Positions 47,845 to 61,249 of a DNA stretch of 64,000 bases are shown here, in pieces. The DNA is from Raillietiella orientalis (taxonomy: Eukaryota): positions 124,001-188,000 of the forward strand of contig JAYWIR010000065.1 in the NCBI GenBank assembly GCA_036172245.1, in the 5' to 3' direction. Below the pieces are notes generated by a model that was not told the DNA's origin, did not search any database, and saw only the letters and a list, made by a program, of their open reading frames with translations. Both the position numbers and the translations under genes were made by a program. The number at the start of each line of letters is the position of its first letter. The stretch's first letter is position 1.

Positions 47845-50076
47845 GTGTCAGGAACATATAAATAAGACTTTGAATCAGGATATTGCAAATATGTCTTCCT
47901 CTTTAGGTTTGTAGTTTTAAATTTGGTGGTAATTGAAATGTTGAACATCCTAGTTTCATAATTTATTATGAAGTTATTAGGAATGAATTTATTAGGAAAC
48001 ATTTTATATTTTTATCTTTTCCAACATAATTTCAAATTTCTATAAAAAAGGTTTTTCACAAGGTATTGGAATTATGCAAGATAATAATTTTAGTAGCTTT
48101 TCTATTACCATTGATTTTAAATTATGTGCTGTTCAGCATTCTTTCCCATAGAATGTTTATTCATATATAGTGTCATGGTTTTCTCAGTTTCATAAAGTTG
48201 ATCAATAGGAATTCCAGATTAAAAGAGTATTTCATAATAAGTAGAATAATGACAGTTCAAAGTATGGAAATTATGGAAAAGTAATGATGGCTAAAATCAA
48301 CATTAGTTAATATGATGAAAATAACCAATGTTGATGTAAGCCACTTGTTTGATGAAAAACCAACTTCAAGTTCAAAGGGACATAAGTTGCTTTAAACGGG
48401 AGGCAAACAGTCAAATTACCAATGAGTATACGGAGGATGTTACTTATAAAACGCTTACAGATGGGAAAGTAGATTTTATGGGTGTTTTTTGACAAAGGAG
48501 CTGCAATGAAAATTCCCTTACTCAAGCAAGCAAAGATAAATTTATTCCTTCTACAGTAGTTCGCAGTTCTGTACATATGACTCATACGGATAAAACTGCA
48601 CAATTTTCGGGTAGACTAAGTCATAATATCTGCAAAATAATTCAAGAAAGAGAAAAGAGGTATTGAACGATTGCTTTCGAGGGATGGCATAAAAGAGTTT
48701 AGTGAAGGAAAGGTATATACAAATTATGTAGACATTTTGTAATTGATGATGGGAATTCTCGGGCTCCAGATGAAGTAATCAAAATATGAAAGTTCCTTAG
48801 AAGTGCGTTTTCTGGTGACTTAACGACAATGATAAATTTTAAAGCAAATGGTACCTTGGTAAGCCTTGTGAGCATTGATGCGGAATCAAAAGATGTAGAT
48901 GTCACATATCAGAATCATACTGACATCTGCAGGGCTCACTTTTCCACTTCATTTTGAATCAGTTTGACTGCCAGATCATTTTTCACCAAGTAAACTGCTT
49001 CCTTAAATTACTATTATACGCGTGCACCAGAAGTATCATCATTTTACTCAGCATTGAAATAAGAGGAACATCTAGAGCTGGTGCCGATAATCGTAATATA
49101 ATTATTACCCTAGTTTTTCTTCCTTTGGGGTGTTTTTTGCAAACGAATTCGCAAGTTTGGAAAGCGATATTGATTTTCGTATTCTACTTATGTATCTGCT
49201 TCGGTGGTACGTATACTAAAATCGGATTCTACTTATTTTCGTTTTTCTAAGGCACCGTGATGAAGAAAAAAGGCTTCTAGGAAATGAACAGAAAACCATT
49301 ACAAAACTAGATACAATCTGTAAATTGAATCCTATTTTTTTGTAGACTCAAAAAAACATATTCCTTCTTTCTGGCTCACCAAGGAAAGTATGTTCTTTTG
49401 TGCCTTCCTTATAATCCCTGAACTACTCCTTGCCTGATTGCTCTTTGCCTCACGGTCCAATTTTTTATCTCTCTTTCTCAGAGAATGCTCCTACTCTCAT
49501 TAGAACTTCTATCGTAATCAGTGCAATTTCTGTTTGGTGGAGATAATCAATTACACCAGTAATGGGTGCAACTAGTAAAAACCTAGCTTCAGTAGCTATC
49601 CAGAAACCAAACTCATCTGTTGTGGAACTGTCTTCATCAGACAGTTGTTAGATAAGGAAAGGTTTGAAATTTACTAAGGAAATAAAGGAGTTTTTGTTAT
49701 TGCTTCTCAGAGTTTTGCCATAGGAAAACTTGGATATATAGATATATATATATAGAACGTTACAAATGTGAAATGAGCTAATTCTGCAAGTAACTGCAAT
49801 TAGAGTATTCTGGAAAATTGGCGTTACTAGCAGCCAAAGCAAGATATCGTGTGATCTTTATATGTGGTACATGTGTTCAAGAGTGTCTAAATGCAACAAT
49901 TGTGGGATTTCCTGAGTTATAATCTGATTTGCAATCACTGTAAAACTGGAACAGTACTCAGTACAATATGACAATGCATTCGTTATTTTCTTCCTGATGG
50001 TGCATCTTTGTCCAATGTTTGTAAGATTCCGACAAATTGCATAAATGATTTCAAACATTGCAGTGCTCTATTGTGA
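47845..50076 (+). pseudogene. Decayed coding sequence with repeated in-frame stops and a Cys-rich 3' part
   Basis: Frame at ~48375-48666 reads RDISCFKREANSQITNEYTEDV..GVF*QRSCNENSLTQASKDKF..; CxxC pairs (CGTC, CNNC, CNHC) in shifting frames at ~49860-49950. Confidence 0.3.
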
Positions 50077-50743
50077 ACTGAAGCATTAATTTATTTTTTG
50101 TAATAAATGTGGATCATTATCCTACTTCGTACATTATGTTTTCATGCAAGACACCAATCAGAAAACATCGTTTCTTGAAATTCAGAAAGCGTCGAAAAAT
50201 TGGAAATGGGAAAGTTTCATTTTCCTAATAATATTAATAAAATATTAATCATATTCGTAACTCATATTTATTCTCCATATGAAATGAAACAACGGCCATT
50301 TTAATTCTGATTCCTATTGCTTTCAAAACAGTATTGGCAATGTTTTTATCTATGCTTTCTGTTAATTTTAATGGGATTGATAATGTAGTATTCCTGTCAG
50401 TTTAAGAAATTTCTTTGTTATGCTTGTAAATAAATCCTGGGTTAATTCTAATTTACCTCAATTAATAACTCAAGTCTTGATAAAATTTCGTTTCACCACT
50501 GCCATTATCCCTTACGTTTCTACTTAACTTCAGTCTTAGTTTCTATCATGAAAATGAGCTTATTAGCTTTGCATACTTGATAGACGTACGAAAATTGATA
50601 CTTCGTAAAATAAATTGCATTTGTCTTTTGCTAGTTATTTATAAAATCACAAATTTAAAATTCAAACAGAAAATGGAAAATTAGGCATTAATTTAATAAA
50701 ATATATGAAATTTAGGAATTCTTTAAATTTTTTTATTCAAATG

Positions 50744-51076
50744 TCAATCTTTATTAGCAATGCAATACTCTGCAGATGCTAGAGAATCTGATAGTGCTTC
50801 GCAATACCTGTGGAACCAGTAGTCAGAATGTCAACAACAGTCTTTAATGTCACCGTAGTAACCCTCTGGTGCTATTGAAAAATCCTGTTTTAAATACCTT
50901 TGATTCTCTATTTCAAATGCAATGTCTCTATCAATAGAAAATCGTTGCCTCTGTGTTCGAAAAAACTTTGCAAAGCTTTCGACGTACATATGTGCCAACC
51001 CAGGTTTATTCATGTATTGGAGCACTTGTCTTTTGTAAAATTTGATATCAATTGAACAAATATTTAAACAAATCAA
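50744..51076 (-). CDS. Candidate small spliced gene of unknown function, divergent from katanin p60
   Basis: Exon ending 50898 (..QVLQYMNKPGLAHMYVESFAKFFRTQRQRFSIDRDIAFEIENQR), GT-AG intron 50897-50808, exon 50807-50744 (YCEALSDSLASAEYCIANKD*), AATAAA just after the stop; 5' end unresolved. Confidence 0.4.
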
Positions 51077-51293
51077 AGATTAAAATGCAATCATTATTAT
51101 GTAATTAGTGGGTATACTTGTAATGTGGTAACGAACGAGTTCTTTTTTATTTTTAATTGCATTTGTTTTAGACTTGGTAAGGCTCTCCTTGCATAAGTGC
51201 GTGTGAAGTTTAGTTTGTTTATTTTTCTGTAAGTATGCAGGAGCTGTGACCGACACCAGTACACGCGTATCCGTGAAATAAAGTGCTCATATT

Positions 51294-53136
<1,843 letters not shown>

Positions 53137-53196
53137 ATTCATTGAGTGAACATTTATTTTGGTGAAAATGATAACTCAGTAAATACATTCCAAGAT

Positions 53197-53938
53197 TCAT
53201 TTTTGCTTTGCCAACTTTTGAGTTCCACTCCATGATGAAATCAGCTGTTCTGAGAAATAAAAGGAAAAACCATGTACCTGTATGGATGGCAGCAGAAATG
53301 CATACCACAATAGCCCATATGGAAAACCCTAAGAAAATATATGCAGTACATGTAGTATTTATAAGTTATTTCACCTGCCACATTTCTATTGAGGTATAGT
53401 CACCAGTGTAAATGTATAACCAAACATCTTCCAAATAAGCAAATAAACCCCAAAGTGATCCAAAAAGAGCAGATAGCATTGTTCCTATCTCGTAAGTCCT
53501 TAGCAAGAAAATGTTATTTTTGCGTAGTGCTACAACTCCAAGTGGTATAAAAATAGTGCTTGTTAACCACAGATACTCCCATGCCAAAGGCTGCAATAAT
53601 CATAATAAATTGCGATGTATTGGTCACAGATTTAGCACCATCTATACATTTAGAAGCTTACCTCTGGAATCTCTAGTTCTTCAATTTCAATGATGAATAT
53701 ATTGAGAAATTCCAATATGACAGGGATCAGTTTGCAGCACATGAGAAAAAATAAAAGAATATGGATGAACATGCACCATTTCAGCCTTCGTTTGGTGCAC
53801 ACGCTGAGAAATTTCCCAATAATCATGCTGATTCAGTAATTTTCGAGCGTACCTGAATTTGTAATGTGATGCAATTTTTGTACGATGAAGGTAATCACTT
53901 CCATCGGTACCAGGAACAACTGGTCCTTTTGATGCCAT
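53197..53938 (-). CDS. JAGN1: Protein jagunal (ER membrane protein)
   Basis: Exons 53938-53853 (MASKGPVVPGTDGSDYLHRTKIASHY), 53803-53662 (IEELEIPE), 53590-53375 (PLAWEYLW), 53328-53197 (GFPYGLLWYAF..QVHGFSFYFS..SW..KLAKQK*). Confidence 0.94.
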
Positions 53939-55346
53939 ATCATTTGGCTAAACTTTAACCTGAATTCTGAGAAACTGCTGTTGATAAAAATTTTTTATTC
54001 AATTAGATGCAGTAAAGGATGCATAGTGCGTTCAAACATTTTTTAGTGTTCCATTCATTGGTCAATGTCGCCAAATTCCAAACGGAGAGCGCTTACTGAA
54101 TTTCATATTCCTAAGCAGTGCATACCTATTGCAAGTTACTAAATAATTTGGATCTTTTCAATTTCCACGTTTCTAATACTTCGCGTTTATCAACTCAGCG
54201 TTTAAGAGAGCTTTCGTTTTTATAATGCATTCTTATGTATAAGCATCGATTCTTCTGTTAAAGAGGAACCCTTAAATGCAGTCTTTAGGACCGAGAATTA
54301 AAGTATCATGGTGGAAGTTTTTCATTTATGTTTTTGACTTGTTTCTTCAAGATAGACATAAATTTAGTATTGTTGAGGAATTTCGAGGCTTGTGCGTAAA
54401 AGAAAAAAAAAGCTCGTTTTCTAATGTTTAAAACAGGGAATCAAACATCATTCCATAAGTGCAAAACGTTTCTCATGTGTATGCAGCTGTGTGTTAAGTT
54501 TATTTCCAGCTTTTCATGATATGTGTGGTTCTGAAAAATGGTATTTTTAAGACAGTCCTGGGAAAGGTTTCTTACGGTACAAGGGGAAAAACAAATATTG
54601 ATTCCATTATCGAAAGATAATGCAATTAGTAATGGAATTATATCTACGGTTTTATTTTATAGCTATTAGTATGCGAATTGTATCTGATATGTAAAATTCT
54701 CTCCGTACATAATATCGTAGCATTTGCACTAAATCTATTAGATTCAAACTGCTAGGCAGACTCCACAGACCGCACAGGAAGTGAACAAAACTGAATAAAA
54801 GAATATGTAAAGGATACAGGTTCAATTTAGAAAGTCCTCAGTGTTGGTTGTGTTAGATATGCCTCATAGTCGGTTACGAAAACGACAGGGTTTGAACTGG
54901 GATATTCAAGATTTTAAAGCTAGATTATAATAGTAAATTGTGCTTTCTTAACTGAGAATTCAAAATTAGAAAGATATAGATAGATAGTTTGCAGCAGAAA
55001 AATTAAAGTTGTATAGTTGAAGAACAGAAGAATCTACAACAAGAAAACCAGGTAGAATTTTTAAATACGTTTCAGTATTTTTCAGAAGAATGCTCCAGAA
55101 GAATAACTATTTTTGCAGACTTGAATAAACTGTTGAGCTTCAATGTATGGCCTCTTTCCTTAAACCAGTAGATTTTCATAAGTTGAACATAATTTTATTT
55201 TTGTATTCCTCAGTATCTGATGCCATTTGGGAACAGTTTCTTTAAACTGTCCTGAACAATAATTAAAAAATGTATTTTGGAAAGGCGAAAAATTTTTCAG
55301 TACCTTCATTCAAATAGATTTTGAATGCAGGTAAATAGTTCAGTCT

Positions 55347-55616
55347 TTAAGTTATTTCACTAATGTACTTATTTAGTAGTTTGAAATAATTGGATCTTTG
55401 ATCGCGAATTGGAATTTTTGATTGATGGAGCTGCTCTTTCAGTTTCACTTGCTTCATCAATATCTGAATCTCGAAAACTGAGAAGTGCTTCTGCAGACTT
55501 TCCAAAGGGATTTTTGATCCGTGTACCTCTTCGAACACCTGATGCAAATGTTTATTTTTGCACTGCAGTAGCGCTTCATTAAACTTCTGAAAGAGTCTGC
55601 TGGTTAGACCGGAGGA
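55347..55616 (-). other. Possible terminal exon or pseudo-exon of an unidentified gene
   Basis: ttttag acceptor then 89 open codons (SSGLTSRLFQKFNEALLQCKNKHLHQVFEEVH..FKLLNKYISEIT*); upstream exons not found. Confidence 0.3.
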
Positions 55617-56593
55617 CTAAAAAATTCTATAGAAAAAATACCGAAAACATGAGCAATGCACTAAAGAAAAATGTTCGCCCAAAGTGTAATATGTGTAACG
55701 TGCCTGTAACCCAATCAGTTGAAACTTCCTACCTGATTCCTTGACTTTGTTAATATACAACCGAATTCCAGTAAAAATCAGCTGGTTTAAAATTTGTTTG
55801 CAAATTTATTATTTTACATAACAGAAGCTATACTTCTATTATATTAATGTCGCTAACTTTGGATTTTTGTATCGCTTGCTGTTTAAAAGAACAGATTCAA
55901 GTTTTCAGAATTTTAAAATCGTTTTTGTCGTCAAATACCTATTCTAAATAGATCCACAATTTATTCACGCAGATGCAAACCTTACGTTGATTAAGTTTTA
56001 CGTTCTATAGACTACATCTTCAGTTCTAATTTCTTTTTGTTTTTCTTTGCTTTCTCTTTAATGAATGCACTGAATAGTGTGCATTTCGCTGTTCTTTCAT
56101 TGCGCACTTGAAGCTCGATAATTCAACAAAATTATGGAAACGCTAATCCTTTACCTGAAAGTATCTGCCCTAATGACTCATTTTTTTCAAGGGATAATGT
56201 TCATTTTTGAACATTCAAAAATTTATTTCATGGCTCACTAACTTAGGCAGCTCCAGTAAATGCAACAGCTTTAAATACACACATACGGGCGCCGAATTAT
56301 CTGAATCTGCAGAAAGATGGTCTTGAAAATGAGATTCTGGTTTGCAGAAATTTGTGAGGTCCTAATGTTTATAAATTCTTTTTGAAATGAAATATATTCA
56401 GAAAGACATGTGCATGACTGATGTGATGTATCTGACAAATTGAAAAAGAACAAAACTTCCATGAAACTTTCATATATTTAATATAATTTTAAAAATGGGT
56501 CAGCTCTAAACTTATTGCTTATATATCAATCATAATTTCATAAATAAATAAATAATCATACTATAAAAAAATTACAAATAAGTAGTACTGTCA

Positions 56594-59500
56594 TTAAAAA
56601 ACGGATGTGCACTTCTTCATTGGTAAAACTATCTTATTGCTCAAATTTCGGAAAACTTCTAATGCTTGGATGCTATGGGAGAGTCTGGAAAAGAAAGATA
56701 AAGTGAAGCAGAAGATCTGCACTTCTGGTTTGCCACATACATACCTTCCAAATGCATTGAATAATGCTACGACATCATTTCTTTGCAGATGTAAGGGTTT
56801 TGAATAAGGAGGATTTCCAGTAAACAGAACTCTGAATGCTGTTCCTAATCCATGTGTTTGTAACTTGCCCCACAAGCGACACTTTTCGCAGCCCACGCAA
56901 TCCATAATGCGAGTGATATTACGAAAATGATGCCTAAATTCATGTTGCAGATATAAGGCAAACTCCTCATCTCCGAGAAAAAGGCTGGATTCATTGAAAG
57001 GGGTAGGAAAACCATCAATCACTTCAAACAACACTCTCAGAGCGCTCTGGAGATTTCTATCTTCAGCATCATCACCCGTATAAAAAATGTCATTTCTTAA
57101 AAGTGGATATGCCTTGGCAATAGCACGTAGTTCCAGTAAATATAGAAAATATAAATTTTTGAGGCGTCCTGGTCCAGTACCATTTGTGAATGCTGGATCA
57201 AATCTCTTGTAGAATTCCTCAAGATTGGGTCCCCAAACTTGCATGCCTAAGTCACCATGAGCTGCTCCAGGTTAGCCTGCTTTACATCTTTACAGCTCAT
57301 TACCCTTTTGTAAGAAATTTGCACACAAATGGATATTGATGCTGGTGTGTAATCCCGAAATGGCGCGATAAAATACTCTTTTCTCCAGACACAAACCTGA
57401 AAACGACTGATATCAATTGTCTACTGGACAAATTACTTACCATCAGTGGGATCAGTGCCTACAAATAGCTGCATGAAAGCAAACAAGCATCTACCAATCT
57501 AATTACATAGAAGCTAAAAACACTTACTTTGTGGATACCCAGGCGAATCCATATATCTGCGAAATGGATGCTCATCAGGTCTAAAAAGCATTTTGCTGTT
57601 CTGATTTGTCACCATCGCTCTCTACTTACTTAAAACAGTTTTCTTCATAGATTGAGCGCCAAATTCTCCTTGCAGATTCACCTTTGTATCCTGTATATCG
57701 TTCAGGATTCAAAGTCAAGTCTACATGCAACATGTCATTTCCTGTATCATCATACTCATCACAGAAATCGCCAAGAGCATCAAACTCTTTCCATTTCAAA
57801 AAATCTTCTTCTTGAGTTTCACTGGAATGAATACATTGTTAGTTTGCAAGTACATTGACATCATACTTTTCCTATGCATTTCCTTGGAACATGCTTACTT
57901 TTACCTCATGTGTATGCTAATAAGGCTAAAATTGGTTCTGAGAAACTTTTCCACATATTAGGACTTTTATTAAAACTTAAAAACTTTGACAAAAGAACTG
58001 TTTCCTAAGTCAGAGAACTGTCAAACTATTTGAAACAATGAAGTACAAATAAATCTAGAATGAGTGGAACCATTTTATAGTTTCTACTATAAACAGGAGG
58101 TATTTCTATTTAAAATTCAACTGCTATCTCATTTCAGGTGACCTAGAAAATGAATTCACAGACCTTTAAAGTATAACCCTTAATTTAAAATCAAAGTTAA
58201 AACAAAATTATAACAAAACTAAATATTTTAAAAGCATGAAACTTTGCAAACTTTTATTGTTTTGTTGCCACTTTGTTCCACTTTGCTCACTCTCTAATTC
58301 CCAGGACTTGAGGAAATTAAGATCAAAACTCCAAGAGCAAGCCATAAGCAATCACTAATAGTTTCTAGGTGATGTTGCACATTAACATAATTTAACATAC
58401 AAGCAAATTCAAAGGCATTATGATAAAGATTTACTGTATGCAATTCTGGGGGTATATGTGACAATGATTCACATATAAATAACAGCTCAGAAAAAATGGT
58501 TAAAATTGTGTACTGAAATCATAAATTCTTTGATTATAAATGTCATTCACTTTTCTTTATAATTTACATCTCTTTCCTGATGAACTTTTAAGCCTTCAGT
58601 TGTATTGACATGAAAGCGTATTCCTCTTTAATGCTCCTTTTCCTGAGTATGTAGCAAGAACTAGATCCTTACATTTTCATCATGAAATTACACTGAGAAA
58701 CCTACATTAAAACACTATTATAAGTACAATTAATGAACTAATCAACTTGTTTCTGCAACCAAAATAAATTTATACATCATATTTTCAGCATTTATTTTCA
58801 CTAATCCCTGTTTCTCAAACTTTTGCAACTGTTTGGTCTCTATATGACCTTGTAATTACAATAAATTATGCATTTGTTACCATACACAAAATCTTTTTTT
58901 TACTTCATTCCTTCATGGGGTTTCCAAATTGAGGATACATTCATAACACAAATGCAGTGGCCAAAATGCAAAAACGAAACAGAAAAAAAATTGTCTTAGA
59001 AAATGGAAAACCCTTTTTTTTTATTTCCATATGCTTGTTTGCACTGAGCTAATACTGAAACCTACCTGATAAATGTATTCAGATGACTCAATTCCTGATT
59101 ACAGTCTGGATCATTAGCCTACATCAAATTCAATTAACCTCAACATTACTGATGTGAATTACCTTATCTGAGCTTCTAATTGATTCTTCTGTTTTAATGG
59201 GAATCTCTTCCTAAAAAAATCCAGAAATTATTTCTGCTATAAGAAACGAAAAAATGAATAAATAAAACAAAACCTTAGGGCAAGTTTCTACATGGCAATC
59301 TCTTAGGGAACATTTGCTGTCATCGCTCCAAAATGGACACAGTTTATTGAGATTCACCTACATAATAATGATAATATATTCAGTAAATAAAAATTATCCA
59401 GTGAATAGAAGACCAGTTTACCTTATAGTACCGAAAATAATTATAGTGAAGAATGCTTTTCAAGATCGGGAATACTTTTCCATTATTAAAATTGTCCACA

Positions 59501-60512
59501 GTGTTCACAGTGCACATGCAGTCATCAATGATACCTTTCAGCTACATAAAAAACAAAACACACAATTACACTAAGCTACTTCATGTAAGTTATTTAAAAC
59601 ACAACTGCATTATGAAAAATATTGGCTTATAAGGACATAACTGAATTGTCAAAGTTAATTTTGAAATATTACTGGTAAAATCGACTTGATAAATTGCTAA
59701 GAATATCTATTAATGTTAACCAGTAAAATATTGGATACTTTCTAGAAATTCCGGAACACAATTATGGTAGGCATCATCAGACTACTTATTCTAACTACAT
59801 ACTTACAATAATTATTTCGTGAGTAGTATTGATCGAAACAAAAAAATACAAACAAAGAAAAAGAGCGTTCATCTTTGGTAGGATTATTCACATTAAGTTC
59901 CCCACTCTTATTCATCTACACTGCCTTACAGTTGTGCTGTCTTGCAAATAGAACGCTTCGTTAAAAACATCTGCAGCAACATTCTGATAATTAAAACTCA
60001 CTAATTATTAGGCGTGATATGAACAAGGCCGCTTAAAATCAAGCTTGCTTGATTCACGGATTGATTTCGATGTCTTTAGGGCGTTGAACGTAATTTCGAA
60101 AGCCAGAAATTGCCTGTTTCAATTACTATGAATGTTTCAATTATTATTACTATTTTTTTAAATCACTTCTTCGAGAACACGACATTAACCGAGGCTTTAG
60201 ATTAATATTTAGCTCATGGAAGTCTAATTTCTGAAATCATGGAGTGTGGCAAAATAAACAAAATCCAACAAGTGTTTGCACATATCTCGTATGATTCCCT
60301 TAAATAGACACGAAGTGGATTGAAGAATTTATAGGAATTACTGGAATATTTGAAAAGCTGTAATAATCACCAAGAGAATATCCATCAGTAATTACCTCTG
60401 CAAAACACTGATCCCCCGATGAATTGGTATTAGAACTAGACAGACATGCCACACTTGATATAAACAAGAAATAGCACACAGAAGTACTCGATGAACACCT
60501 TTTGAAATGCAT
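56594..60512 (-). CDS. ERO1: ER oxidoreductin 1 (Ero1-like)
   Basis: Signal-like exon 60512-60396, [123 protein letters not shown] (CxxCxxC). Confidence 0.96.
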
Positions 60513-61249
60513 GCTAACTGAATATGCTTTGGCCACTAACAACACAAGAATCATTCATGTTATTACAACTCCGCCTGGACTACGTACGTGTAGAAACAGA
60601 TTTCATGTACTCTTCCAAAACACGTTAATAAGGCCATACCAGTTGATAGCACATACGTGTGACACTGTCAATTGTACGCGTTATGGAGGTACCATGACTT
60701 GTGAAATTTTGATTGAAATTTTTTTTTTATTTTTAGTAAAACAGATTTGGAAGCAAGGAAAAAAAAACCTAATATTTAAATTAAATCGAGTGCATTATAA
60801 TATTTTTAAAATACATAATAAATAAAAAAGATAACCATTATGATTAATAAAGCAATGAATGAAATAAATATAATAGTAATTTTTTTTTAATCGCAACTTG
60901 TACTCGAAATCATATTAAGATTCTTGAACCAGAAATTTCTGATAGCCTTTTATTCAAAAAGCGATGCATGGTGCTCATCAGTTCAACACTAACTGTAACA
61001 TTTGAATGCAAACTTTATAAAGTTCATAAATGTTTTGCAAAGCTACACAATATCGCACAAGGACACAGAAAACCCACCATGGAAAGAAATTACTGCAGAA
61101 ATACGTTAGAATGACTTAAGAATTTCCATATTTTAATGCACGCACATGAATGAATTTCTGCTAGCGAGATCAACCTTTTCCAGAAAGCTGTTCTTTAGAA
61201 ATCCTTGAGTGAAACATCCGAAAACAGAATTTTTGCTTTTAGATGAGAA

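Noticed and set aside
48375..48666. In-frame TGA codons as selenocysteine or an alternative genetic code
   Set aside because: Jagunal in this window ends in TGA, nearby frames also contain TAA/TAG and frameshifts, and no SECIS was recognised; decay is the simpler explanation
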